DNA of 57,243 bases from an uncultured Candidatus Sumerlaeota bacterium (GCA_964462565.1 CAYWYC010000003.1:1-57243); one strand, 5' to 3'; shown: positions 1-9,131, numbered from the stretch's first letter. A program made the numbers and translations. Notes: generated by a model not told the origin, from the sequence alone.

Positions 1-3000
1 TTCTGCAAAATAAACTTCAGAAGGTCCGCGACATCCACCTGACCGTCCTGGTTCAGATCGAGTTCTTCCACTTCCCGATCCGAAAGGCTGACATGGCCCA
101 GCAGGTAGGCGCGTATGGGCAGGCCCGGTTTGGGGGCGTAGGATTCGATGGTGACGCCTCCCAGCAGCGTTCCGCCGGCCCAGGCTTCGATGGCCGTAGT
201 CGGGTTCAGTCCCTGCGGAATCTCCGCGCCCGGCGTGATCGTGCAGGTAACCGTGGTCTGGCTGCCTGAATCCAGCGTGAACTCAGACGGACTGATCCGC
301 ACCATCCAGTCCGAAGGCATCCCGATCCGGCGCACCTTCATTTCAATATCGGCCGACCCATCCAGAGGATTATATACGGGAAAGGACTGCTCTATCTGAT
401 ACGCACGCATCAGATTATTGCTCGTGCTTCCATCGCGGGAACGCACCATTCCGATGAGCGTACCGGGGCTGAAATTCTCCGGATCGATCATGCTTTCCCC
501 AAGATCCCGCATTTCATCAGCCAGGTCTTCCATGTCGTCGAGAGCGTTGCGGGTGGCCAGTTCATCGGGATCGGCGGCAAGGATGGCATTTTTCCAGTCG
601 GCCAGTTGGGCGTCTGTCAGCTCGAGCCACTGGGCAGCCTGCCTTTCTTCGCTGGAATAATTCCCCGCCGCCAGACGCTGCTGCATCGCTTCGTAGGCCG
701 ACTTGTCGATGCTTATTTCTTCGATACCTTCGTTCCGCAATACAGCCACATAGGCATCCATGGCATCGGCCGTTTCGATCATGGAATGCCCCGTCAGATC
801 CAGATAATGGATGAGCGTCGTCGCCTGTTGAGAGGCCCACGTCTGCTCCTCAGCCATGGCCGCGCCGCCATAACGGTCGATGGTGATTTCCACGGCCTGC
901 AGCTTGGCAAAGAGATCGAGCGACTTTTCCATAAGCGTGTTGGCCGCGTCGGCACGGGCCTGCGAAATTCCGTTGTCCGCGCTTACGGGCGGAAAGTCGT
1001 AACTCTTGATTTCGGCGAATTCGCGAAAGTCCTGCCGCGGGGGATCGGTTCTGAGCGCATTAAGGGCTTTTTTCCACATATCCATGATCTGCCCGAGCAT
1101 GAGAGACGCCATCTTGCCTGGCAAAAAGCCAGCCAGAAACCCGAGAGGGTCGGCAATCATGGTTGGCGCGGAAGAGAGTGTCTCAAAGGCATCCACCGCC
1201 TTCTTCACCCGCTCCGATCCCTGCTTGGCATACAGCTCGGCAAGCGAAAGGCCGCTGGGATGCATATTATGCAGCCAGGGCAACTCAAAGTCACTTTCCG
1301 CCAGTTGGATCTCCAGCGCGGGATTATGCACATTTTCCGGAAGCGTGAAATAGCCATAGAGCCCGATGCATTGGTGTCCCGGGGCCGTGGGCGTCCAGTT
1401 GCTGACCACTTCCAGACTGCTGTTCGCCGGAAGCAGGTGATTCTGCGTGTCCAGAATTTCCAGAGGCAGGCCGATGCCGTAATTGTGCTTGCCGATCTGG
1501 ATTTCCATCTGCACATCGGAATCAGACGGATTAGTCACGTCCACGGTGATCTGCGCAGGCACGCCAACGGTAAGCGGCAAGGGACCGATATCAATGTTGC
1601 GGTTTACATAAGGCGCTTCCCTGTCCGGCAGAAAATCCAGGGATGCCGTCGGCGTCGTGAAAACCACATCGGCTGAATCCGCGCGCGACGGATAGGTGGA
1701 TGCCAATTCCAGGCGCGGCGTCAGGGTGGCTTCGCCCGGAGTGTCGGAAGACACATAGGCTCGGGCGATGCCGTTAATATTGGTGATATCGCCGTCCGTC
1801 ACCGTACCCAGGTTTGAATCCATCCGCACCTGATATCCCGGCAACGCATTACCCATGCCGTCATAAACCGTAATGATCGCCTCGAGTTGGGTGGCGCCAT
1901 TGGCCGGAACAAACCAGCGCGTCGGCTCGATGGTCATGCTCAGCAATTCTACGACGTCCGCATCGTTCGGATCCTGGTCGGGAGATGTGAGAAAGGGAAT
2001 AAACCAGGCCGCGTCATTGACAATGGCGTTGCCCGTTCCCGCCGGATTGTCATCCGCGTCGTAAGGTCCTCTGGCATCGCCCCACCAGTTGTGGATCGCG
2101 AGAATCTTGCCTTCGTCGCTGCTGCTCTTATAGGCCCCGCTTTGTTGATTGTCATAGATTTTGCATCGCTCCACCGTAGTCCCGTCGGCATAAGCCTGCT
2201 CGATCCCATGCTTGCCGCTATTGCGAATCGTGCAGAAACGCAGGAGGGCAGAGGCATGGTCCAGGTTCAGGTTGGCGTTCAATCTTCCTCCATAAGCAAT
2301 CTCCACATGCTCCAGCACCGATCCAGGGTTATAGGTCCACTTGATCGGCTCCGGCCCGCCAAAGTCGAACTCCCAGGTCCCAGCAATTGACACGCCTTCC
2401 CAACTTCCATCGCTTTCCTCCATGCCGAAAAACTGAATCGGGTGATCGCTTGTGCCCAGGGCAAGCAGCGGCCCGCCATCCAGCATGAGGCCCGAACTTT
2501 CATGAAAATAGACCACCACATCCGGCTCCACAATCATCCTGCCTTCCGTCACGCCAAAACCATTTACCACATAATAGGGCAGCCCCGTGTTCTCCAGAAC
2601 GTATTCATCAATCATGTAAAGATAGGCCTCGGCAAAGGCCACACCGTCGGAAAGATTGCCCGTGGCCGTCAACTTGCGCAAGGTAGAGTCCTCCACAACC
2701 GTGGCCATCTGCGCGTTTCCGAAAAAGCAAACGGGGTATGCCGCGTTATTTTCAAAGTGGCACGAATCCATCTGCAGGCTGCTACCGCTCTGCAAAAGCA
2801 CCCCGCAGGAATTACTGTTGCGAAAGACGCAGTCGCGCACATCGATATCGGCGTATTGCGCAGACAGCATCCCCATCGTATATCCAATGCCTGTCAGGTC
2901 TTTGCCGCCATATTCAAAGACGGCATGGCGGAGGATGCAGGCTGAATTTCGCGCATCGAACTGTCCGCGAATCAAAATCTGGAGCCAGTATCCCGGAGTC

Positions 3001-3323
3001 TGGGTGATTCCCGTAAAGGTCACCGGAGAACTGCTTGAGCCAAGAACCTTGAGCGTGCCGTCAACGACCAGGTCTGCCGTGTCGCCCAGCCGCACGGTCA
3101 CACCCGGCATGATGGTCAGGCTTGCGCCGCTTTCGATATCGATGCCATTGGGAATGTCGTAGGTCTGCGAAGTGTCGTCCCAGACATGGTCGCCCGATTC
3201 GATGTCCGTATCGATAACATGACGTCCCGATGCAGATATGGCATCTGCGAAAGCGGCCGGTACAAGAATCAAGAATGCCAACACTCCAATAATCATGAAA
3301 AGTTCACGCCGCTTGCTGTTCAT
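1..3323 (-). CDS. Large secreted protein, 3'-truncated by window edge (signal peptide, parallel beta-helix/PbH1-like repeats, Big_1-like Ig domain, C-terminal dockerin/EF-hand-like repeat)
   Basis: Absent from the ORF track because it has no stop in the window. My translation from the ATG at 3323 (GGGGAGG 6 nt upstream) stays open for about 1107 codons to position 1. It reads MNSKRRELFMIIGVLAFLILVPAAFADA..., then CVFRNSNSCGVLLQSGSSLQMDSCHFENN, then ATQLEAIITVYDGMGNALPGYQVRMDSNLGTVTDG, and ends EELDLNQDGQVDVADLLKFILQ. No listed minus-strand ORF uses this frame. Plus-strand ORFs here have antisense-type composition. Confidence 0.8.
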   Translation of the reverse strand, partial: MNSKRRELFMIIGVLAFLILVPAAFADAISASGRHVIDTDIESGDHVWDDTSQTYDIPNGIDIESGASLTIMPGVTVRLGDTADLVVDGTLKVLGSSSSPVTFTGITQTPGYWLQILIRGQFDARNSACILRHAVFEYGGKDLTGIGYTMGMLSAQYADIDVRDCVFRNSNSCGVLLQSGSSLQMDSCHFENNAAYPVCFFGNAQMATVVEDSTLRKLTATGNLSDGVAFAEAYLYMIDEYVLENTGLPYYVVNGFGVTEGRMIVEPDVVVYFHESSGLMLDGGPLLALGTSDHPIQFFGMEESDGSWEGVSIAGTWEFDFGGPEPIKWTYNPGSVLEHVEIAYGGRLNANLNLDHASALLRFCTIRNSGKHGIEQAYADGTTVERCKIYDNQQSGAYKSSSDEGKILAIHNWWGDARGPYDADDNPAGTGNAIVNDAAWFIPFLTSPDQDPNDADVVELLSMTIEPTRWFVPANGATQLEAIITVYDGMGNALPGYQVRMDSNLGTVTDGDITNINGIARAYVSSDTPGEATLTPRLELASTYPSRADSADVVFTTPTASLDFLPDREAPYVNRNIDIGPLPLTVGVPAQITVDVTNPSDSDVQMEIQIGKHNYGIGLPLEILDTQNHLLPANSSLEVVSNWTPTAPGHQCIGLYGYFTLPENVHNPALEIQLAESDFELPWLHNMHPSGLSLAELYAKQGSERVKKAVDAFETLSSAPTMIADPLGFLAGFLPGKMASLMLGQIMDMWKKALNALRTDPPRQDFREFAEIKSYDFPPVSADNGISQARADAANTLMEKSLDLFAKLQAVEITIDRYGGAAMAEEQTWASQQATTLIHYLDLTGHSMIETADAMDAYVAVLRNEGIEEISIDKSAYEAMQQRLAAGNYSSEERQAAQWLELTDAQLADWKNAILAADPDELATRNALDDMEDLADEMRDLGESMIDPENFSPGTLIGMVRSRDGSTSNNLMRAYQIEQSFPVYNPLDGSADIEMKVRRIGMPSDWMVRISPSEFTLDSGSQTTVTCTITPGAEIPQGLNPTTAIEAWAGGTLLGGVTIESYAPKPGLPIRAYLLGHVSLSDREVEELDLNQDGQVDVADLLKFILQ

Positions 3324-3482
3324 ATCCAGCCTCCCCATGCCCGGAAATGACGCCCCCGACCCGCCTTTGTCCATCTCAAATGCCGGGCTATTGCCTGAAA
3401 TGTTTCACTGTATTACATACTAGGATTGCGCCTCTAGCGGGAAATAGTCAATGCTAAAAAGGGAAGGGCGGGAAATATTATT

Positions 3483-4388
3483 TCATGATGCATAAGCATA
3501 GCGACGCAGGTATTCGCCCAGCACGTCATTGAGAACAGCCTGCTGGCTATCGGTCAGTTCGCTTTGCCATTTGTGGTTGGTGTTGCGCATGGGAGATTTT
3601 CGGATGCGCGCCTCGAGCCGGGAGTCCCAATCGAGATCGCAAAAGTCGCAGACCTGCCGGGTCATGCCCAGGGCGTCCTCGCAGAGGTCTTCATACTTCA
3701 CCGTCATCAGCTGCTCTTCGGAAACGCCCGCGCCGGCTTTGTCAAAACTGTCCATCAGAATTTTCCATTCGATCGCGGCCAGAGCCAGGAAGGAACGCTC
3801 ATGCTTTTCCCATTCGGCCTGAAATTCCGGACTCAACTCGCCCCATCGCCAATTCGCCGGACCGCGCCAGCCCCACCAGAAGCCAATATTGATCATGGAA
3901 TTTGCCACGGCGCGACCGTCGCGCATGATATGGATAAAGCGTGCGTCGGGAAAAATCTCGCGCAAAAAACCGATCCGCGGCCAACCGGTGATCTTCAGCA
4001 AGAGACGCGGGCGCTTGGGGCTGATGAGTTGGGACAAGGCCTTGCGGACCCGGCTTTTGTTGCGATGGGTCACATCGTCTTGCCGCAGATCCCGACAAGG
4101 TGTTGAGAAGCCCGTGCAGTAATGTTCCCAAAAAGAATAGCACTCGCCGGGATCGATCCGGCCGCGCAAAAACGGCCCCACTACAGGATAATCCAAAAAC
4201 TGCATCATCCGGCGGTTGATCGAAGGACGATGGGGAAATTTGTTACCCAGACGCGTGGACAGCCAGGCACAGCGCGGATGATACGACATCAACCGATGAA
4301 AAATCGTCGAGCCGCTGCGCCCAACGCCAATAATGAAAATCGGTTTTTCAATTTCCAATCTGTTTCTCCCCATACCATTCTTAAACAT
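3483..4388 (-). CDS. Sulfotransferase family protein
   Basis: PAPS-binding 5'-PSB-like motif GVGRSGSTIF near the N-terminus and 3'-PB-like IMRDGRAVANS. 301 aa. Confidence 0.8.
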   Translation of the reverse strand: MFKNGMGRNRLEIEKPIFIIGVGRSGSTIFHRLMSYHPRCAWLSTRLGNKFPHRPSINRRMMQFLDYPVVGPFLRGRIDPGECYSFWEHYCTGFSTPCRDLRQDDVTHRNKSRVRKALSQLISPKRPRLLLKITGWPRIGFLREIFPDARFIHIMRDGRAVANSMINIGFWWGWRGPANWRWGELSPEFQAEWEKHERSFLALAAIEWKILMDSFDKAGAGVSEEQLMTVKYEDLCEDALGMTRQVCDFCDLDWDSRLEARIRKSPMRNTNHKWQSELTDSQQAVLNDVLGEYLRRYAYAS

Positions 4389-4522
4389 TTTTCAGAGTAT
4401 CCAGCGGAGATAATCATACGAGTCAGGGCGAGAAAATGAAAGATCAAATTCCGGGCCCCTGCCAATAATAATAACGCTTTGGCCTTCGAAAAATACCGGC
4501 TTGGCTGACAAGCGGACCGAGA

Positions 4523-4723
4523 TTATTCCCCTTCTGGTTTCAACGAAAAGCCCGAGGTCAACGATGTTCCAGGCATCCTCTCTGGTGTTTGGGCAGAAAG
4601 GCGACCGGTAATAGGTCGCCTCGGCAATACCATGCTGCCGGCACAGGTCCGAAACCCGAAGCCCTGCTCCGCCTCTTTCAATACCCCAATGATCTGCTCC
4701 TCGGTAAAACGTTTCCTCTTCAT
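4523..4723 (-). pseudogene. IS3-family transposase OrfA fragment, frameshifted and truncated
   Basis: MKRKRFTEEQIIGVLKEAEQG is in frame. The HTH segment LRVSDLCRQHGIAEATYYR continues only after a 1-nt shift within the Gly codon. Similarity is lost after that. Confidence 0.7.
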
Positions 4724-4801
4724 AATGAGTCCTCCTCGGTCTGAGATATTCAAACCCGGAATACTCTCATTTGCCAATCTCAAATTTCGGGGTGCAGGTC
4801 A
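4523..4801 (-). mobile_element. IS3-family insertion sequence remnant (one terminal repeat plus 5' fragment of orfA); inner boundary uncertain
   Basis: The minus strand reads TGACCTGCACCCCGAAATTTGAG starting at 4801, a TG... end as in IS3-family IRs. It is followed by GAGGAGG, the ATG at 4723 and an orfA-like N-terminus. No orfB is present. Confidence 0.65.
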
Positions 4802-4869
4802 GGAGTAAATACTGTGAATGTAAATTCATATTTATTATCTTTAGAAGTCATCAATATCTCCACTGGAAC

Positions 4870-5955
4870 TTAAGAAAATAGACCTTGCAGCAATTTGTAG
4901 AGTCTTTCTGTATTGATCTTTATATTAAACTGATCTTCTGCCAGAGTGCGTGCATTTATGGAGCAGTGCGTCCATCGATCTTGATCATTAAGCAAGCGGC
5001 GAATGGATTCTGTAAACCTGTCTAGGTCAGAAACTGGTCCGCATCCCAATTCTCTCTCTGCTATCAGGCCATCCGCATCAAAGTTGTATGAGGCTATTGG
5101 TGTGCCTGACCACATAGCCTGGACAAATGTATTTGGGAAACCCTCAAGTATTGAAGTGTTTACAAGCACTTTTGCGCGGTCAAAGTATTCGCCGATTTCG
5201 TCAAGCGAAACTCCAGAATTATATTCAAGGTTCCCTACTCCTTTCATCAAAGGCGCGATTTCTGAAAAACACTCTTGAGACACTTGATTTGTTACAGGTC
5301 CGATCATGTAGAACCTTTCTTCTGGAATCGACTTTGCAAGCGCAATAAATAATTCGGGCCTTTTGACAGGGACAAAACGCCCCACCCATAAGACAATATC
5401 TCTCTTTCGTTCCGGTCTGGGCCTGAAAGGGAAACCGTTTCTGATTATTGTGCTTTTTTTCTTCCAAGTGTCTTTCAGTATGTTTTGCTGGTGTTTTGTC
5501 TGAGCAATATAATAATGCGCCCGTTTGAAACCCCAGTCAAACCAAAACCCGCGCCTGACTTTGGGATCGCGCAAATTTGGATCAATATCTTTATCGCTCC
5601 CAATCCAATAAATAAATTTACAAGGATGCCACATGCAAAAGAAACCAACTTCTTTCGTTACGGAGCCTATTGATTGCTGAATGCAGAAATCAGGGGCGAT
5701 TTGCTTGAGAAGTTTCTGAAAGCGGATTTTCTGAACAAGCCCCTTCCCGTGGCGGGTGAAGTGACAATTAACATTATGGATTTTTTGGGGACCCGAATTC
5801 GGATCTCCTTTAAGAATCATATGGACTTCAGTATCGGGGTATTTGGCCAATTCTTTAGAGAACCAGCTGAGCTGGGCCTCTGCTCCACCATGCGTTGGGG
5901 GAAGGCCTGGCAAAAAAATGGAGGCGGCGTTTGGGCAGACGAAACAGACGCGCAA
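4870..5955 (-). CDS. Glycosyltransferase family 4 (GT-B), low-GC
   Basis: N-terminal MRVCFVCPN...GGAE and C-terminal VNTSILEGFPNTFVQAMWSGTPIAS (EX7E-like). Sampled 60-nt lines give 35-43% GC, against about 60% in the flanking genes. Confidence 0.85.
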   Translation of the reverse strand: MRVCFVCPNAASIFLPGLPPTHGGAEAQLSWFSKELAKYPDTEVHMILKGDPNSGPQKIHNVNCHFTRHGKGLVQKIRFQKLLKQIAPDFCIQQSIGSVTKEVGFFCMWHPCKFIYWIGSDKDIDPNLRDPKVRRGFWFDWGFKRAHYYIAQTKHQQNILKDTWKKKSTIIRNGFPFRPRPERKRDIVLWVGRFVPVKRPELFIALAKSIPEERFYMIGPVTNQVSQECFSEIAPLMKGVGNLEYNSGVSLDEIGEYFDRAKVLVNTSILEGFPNTFVQAMWSGTPIASYNFDADGLIAERELGCGPVSDLDRFTESIRRLLNDQDRWTHCSINARTLAEDQFNIKINTERLYKLLQGLFS

Positions 5956-5976
5956 AGGGTTATTCCTTTCTTGACG

Positions 5977-6876
5977 CTAAGCCCTTTTCTTTAGCTTTCG
6001 CATAAAATGCATGAATCGCGAAGGAAGCAGGGTTTCCAATATTCTCTTGAGCAGAAATGGCCGCGGATACAGCAGGAATGCCCGCATAAAGTTTTTCCGG
6101 GCCTCCCTGTGATCCAGATCCGCATAATAACGCAAGCCGACATAATAATGAGCGTCTGCTATAATCATATTCTTCCTGTCTGAATAAAGGTCGGGCCGAC
6201 GCTTTACGGCATCATGTGCTATGCCCAGATAACATTCTCGAACCTTATCAAGATCTTTGCTGCGGGATCGGCTGGTTGGTCTAACGTAATAAACAAGCAA
6301 TGGCTCGTCGATTATCTTGACTTTTGACACTTCACGGACGCGCATGAACAGATCATGGTCGGCAAAGGCAAGCAAGGGCCGGTCAAAACCATGGACGGAA
6401 AGATAGATATTTCGCCTGATGGTGGTACCGGATGTCTGCTGGCGGGACGATTGCCATATTCTCCATTTGAAGGGATATTTTTCGTGGCCCTCATGACCAA
6501 AAATGATTTCCTGCCCGTTGGGAAAATGCTGGATGACCAGGCACCAGACCATCCCCACTTCCGGATCGTCGATCATGGGTTGGACGCATTTGCTGAGACG
6601 GCCGGGGAGATACTCGTCGTCGGAGTCGAGGAAGGCTATGAATTCGCCTCGCGCCTTTTCCACGCCCAGATTGCGGGCCGGGTCGGGACCCTGGTTTTCC
6701 TGGCGGAAGTAGCGGACCTTGTCGCCCCAGGCCTTGACCTTTTCGGGAGTCTCGTCGGTCGAACCGTCATCGACCACGATAATTTCCTTGGGTTCGTAAT
6801 CCTGCTCCACGGCGGAACGGATGGCGCGATCGATGAATTCCGCGCTGTTATAAGCGGGAATAACGACAGATACCAT
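5977..6876 (-). CDS. Glycosyltransferase family 2
   Basis: MVSVVIPAYNSAEFIDRAIRSAVEQDYEPKEIIVVDDGSTDET and DSDD (DxD). The ORF-track entry 5977..8022 is an artefactual N-terminal extension running antisense through the 7129..8169 gene. Confidence 0.85.
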   Translation of the reverse strand: MVSVVIPAYNSAEFIDRAIRSAVEQDYEPKEIIVVDDGSTDETPEKVKAWGDKVRYFRQENQGPDPARNLGVEKARGEFIAFLDSDDEYLPGRLSKCVQPMIDDPEVGMVWCLVIQHFPNGQEIIFGHEGHEKYPFKWRIWQSSRQQTSGTTIRRNIYLSVHGFDRPLLAFADHDLFMRVREVSKVKIIDEPLLVYYVRPTSRSRSKDLDKVRECYLGIAHDAVKRRPDLYSDRKNMIIADAHYYVGLRYYADLDHREARKNFMRAFLLYPRPFLLKRILETLLPSRFMHFMRKLKKRA

Positions 6877-7128
6877 GTTTTGAATCGTGCTCACTGCGTA
6901 TCGGCTTTCTGTTTGATGGGAGGCGCTGCGTCCCGGTTTCCAGTTGGAAAGAGTGTGCGCTTTTTGGGTCTGTTTGTCAAGCAGACACTGGGCGCAGGAA
7001 GGGGTGTTGGCTCGCTTTAACAGGCAAAAAGCTTTCATCAGGCCTGGTGATTTGCTAAGGTAAGTCTGTTCCATAGATGCGTAGTTGTAGAAATTTAACA
7101 TAATCTTCTGGCAAGAGGAGTCATTCTT

Positions 7129-8169
7129 ATGAATATCGGAGCAATCATTGGTCTCATTATCGGAGTGTTGGCTGTCCTGCTGGGCAACATTTATTTCGGT
7201 GGCCAGACGGGTTGTCTGTGTCAGTTCGGCGTCGAGATTATCCTGTGCGGCGGTGTGCTGGGTGCTTTGCTGATTCAATTTCAGTGGAAAGATATTGTGC
7301 GCGCCCTGGTCGCATTGAAAGATGTATTCTGGCTGAATCGTGGCGAAAACCAGCAGCTGCATATCCTGACGGATCTGGTTGGCGATGTGCGCGAAAAAGG
7401 CCTGAAGGCGATCGAAGAACGCCTGGCTCAAATCAAGGATCCCTACCTGGTCGGCGCGCTGGCCAACATGATGGATATCCAGGACGAGGATCAATTTGAA
7501 CAGAGCCTGTGGAATGAAATGGAAAGACGTGAACGAGAATTGCAGCAGTCCGTTTCCTTCTGGCAGGCGGCGGGACGCTATTCGATTCTCTTTTCTATCG
7601 CCGGAGTATTCCTTGTGGCCCTGGCCGACATATCGAAACAGCTCGAACAGCTCCCCATCAGCCTGGGGGCCTTGGAATTCCCCCATATCTCGGCCATGGT
7701 CTTTATGATTGTGTATGGCTTCGGAAGCGCGGCCCTGATCTGCTTTCCCATCAGCGGCCGCATTCGCGCGGAACTGGAAAAGCAGCGGCATTGGATGGGG
7801 CTGGTGAATAATGATGTGATGACCATGCGCGACAGTCTGCTGGTTCAGGGCGACCTGGACAAGAGCGAGGGAGACGCCGGAGACCATGAGCATCACCATC
7901 ATCACCCGCAGGAAGCGGTTCCGATAATGGCAGACGTGACCGCCGCCATCGAAAGCCTGCAAGCCGCAATCGAAATGCAGCTTTCGCAAGTGGTGGAAAA
8001 GATCTCGGACAATCATGATCAACTCGAAAAGATGACGAATAAGTTGGACAAGGTGGGCAAGAGCTCGAGCAAAAAATCCACCAAGCGAAAATCAACAAGC
8101 AAGAAAAGCAAGTCCAGCAAGAAATCCAGCGCCAAGAAATCGGAAGACCACAAGGAAGATAATTCCTGA
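7129..8169 (+). CDS. MotA/TolQ/ExbB-family proton-channel-like membrane protein with His-run and K/S-rich C-terminal tail
   Basis: GAGGAG SD. It has two N-terminal TM helices, a cytoplasmic loop and two further TM helices. LGALEFPHISAMVFMIVYGFGSAALICFPISGRIRAELEKQ parallels the MotA TM4 region LGALIAHAMVGTFLGILLAYGFISPLATVLRQK. DHEHHHHHP lies at 7882-7908. The tail is KSSSKKSTKRKSTSKKSKSSKKSSAKKSEDHKEDNS. Confidence 0.7.
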   Translation: MNIGAIIGLIIGVLAVLLGNIYFGGQTGCLCQFGVEIILCGGVLGALLIQFQWKDIVRALVALKDVFWLNRGENQQLHILTDLVGDVREKGLKAIEERLAQIKDPYLVGALANMMDIQDEDQFEQSLWNEMERRERELQQSVSFWQAAGRYSILFSIAGVFLVALADISKQLEQLPISLGALEFPHISAMVFMIVYGFGSAALICFPISGRIRAELEKQRHWMGLVNNDVMTMRDSLLVQGDLDKSEGDAGDHEHHHHHPQEAVPIMADVTAAIESLQAAIEMQLSQVVEKISDNHDQLEKMTNKLDKVGKSSSKKSTKRKSTSKKSKSSKKSSAKKSEDHKEDNS

Positions 8170-8198
8170 GCCAATTGGGAAAATCAGGAACTTAACGA

Positions 8199-8233
8199 GC
8201 CGGAAACCAGACGCCCAGGTTTCCGGCTTTCTT
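8199..8233 (+). terminator. Rho-independent terminator after the MotA-like gene
   Basis: Perfect 10-bp stem gccggaaacc/ggtttccggc with a 9-nt loop, followed by tttctt. Confidence 0.8.
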
Positions 8234-8292
8234 ATGGCGGAATGGAATCGAATCTGGTGAATCCATTCTTGATAAAAATCATGCATTCGGTC

Positions 8293-8320
8293 TTGACTTC
8301 TGAAATATTGTTGCTATTAT
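8293..8320 (+). promoter_or_regulatory. Sigma70-type promoter of the IclR gene with an overlapping palindrome
   Basis: TTGACT-N16-TATTAT, about 40 nt upstream of the ATG at 8361. The inverted repeat GTTGC-N7-GCAAC (8310-8326) spans the -10 box. Confidence 0.55.
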
Positions 8321-8360
8321 TGCAACGCATTGGAGCGGAAAGTTGAATTGAATACGGACC

Positions 8361-9089
8361 ATGCCCACAAAGAATAATGCCAAAAATCCCGCCGCCCCCG
8401 CCCAGCCGAACCAGAGTCTGGGCGCGGGGATCGATTGTCTGCTGGCCCTGGCTTCGGCGCGCGAACCCATGGGCTCGCGTCCACTGGCGCGCAAACTGGG
8501 TCTCGAAGCGACCAAAGTCAACCGCCTGCTGGGGACCCTTGCTTCGATCGGCCTGGCGGTCAAGACGGAAGACCGACGCTACGTGCCCGGTCCGGGCCTG
8601 CATGTGCTGGCTGCGATGAGTCTGAGGGGCTCGCGTCTTTTTTCGGCGGCGGCTCCCGTGTTGGAGGAACTGCGCGCCAGCACCGGTATGCTGGTGGCCC
8701 TGGGGGTTTTGTGGCGTCGCGAAGTCTGCTATTTATTTCACGCGCCGCCCGGCACGCCTCTCGAAGCCACGGTTGCGGCGCGAGATCTTTTTCCGGCGGA
8801 AAGGTCGGCCATCGGCCTTGCGCTCTTTGCAGCCGAAGAGAAGGTTAACTACCGCAAATATTACGCGAAAGAATCTCTGCCGGAGATCGAGTCTGCCGTG
8901 CGGCAGGCCCGCGCTCGCGGCTACGCCCTGGCTCCGGACAACGTTTCCATGGCGGTGGCGGTGGGAAATCCGGCAGTGGCGGCCCTGGCCCTGGCCGATC
9001 CGGCTGGCAAGGCCTTGGGGATATCGCGGCAGAAATCGCTCCTGAAAAAACTGCAAAGGGCCTCCGGCCAAATTGTTGAGGATATGTAA
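8361..9089 (+). CDS. IclR-family transcriptional regulator
   Basis: N-terminal wHTH (GIDCLLALASAREPMGSRPLARKLGLEATKVNRLLGTLASIGL) plus a C-terminal effector-like domain. 242 aa. Confidence 0.75.
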   Translation: MPTKNNAKNPAAPAQPNQSLGAGIDCLLALASAREPMGSRPLARKLGLEATKVNRLLGTLASIGLAVKTEDRRYVPGPGLHVLAAMSLRGSRLFSAAAPVLEELRASTGMLVALGVLWRREVCYLFHAPPGTPLEATVAARDLFPAERSAIGLALFAAEEKVNYRKYYAKESLPEIESAVRQARARGYALAPDNVSMAVAVGNPAVAALALADPAGKALGISRQKSLLKKLQRASGQIVEDM

Positions 9090-9131
9090 GAATATTTTTT
9101 AATCCGCGCAAAGCGGGGAAAGAAGCCCATC

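Noticed and set aside
606-1676. 356-aa plus-strand ORF near the left edge
   Set aside because: It is antisense to the uninterrupted frame of more than 1107 codons encoding the secreted beta-helix protein. It has no motifs and is Arg/His-rich.
4523-4783. 86-aa ORF as an intact gene
   Set aside because: Only the first approximately 21 residues after the internal Met match IS3 OrfA. The HTH continues in another frame, so I annotated it as a pseudogene.
6877-8022. N-terminal 382 residues of track ORF 5977..8022 (681 aa)
   Set aside because: This stretch runs antisense through the MotA-like gene and the divergent promoter region. GT2 homology begins at MVSVVIPAYN (6876), a typical GT2 N-terminus.
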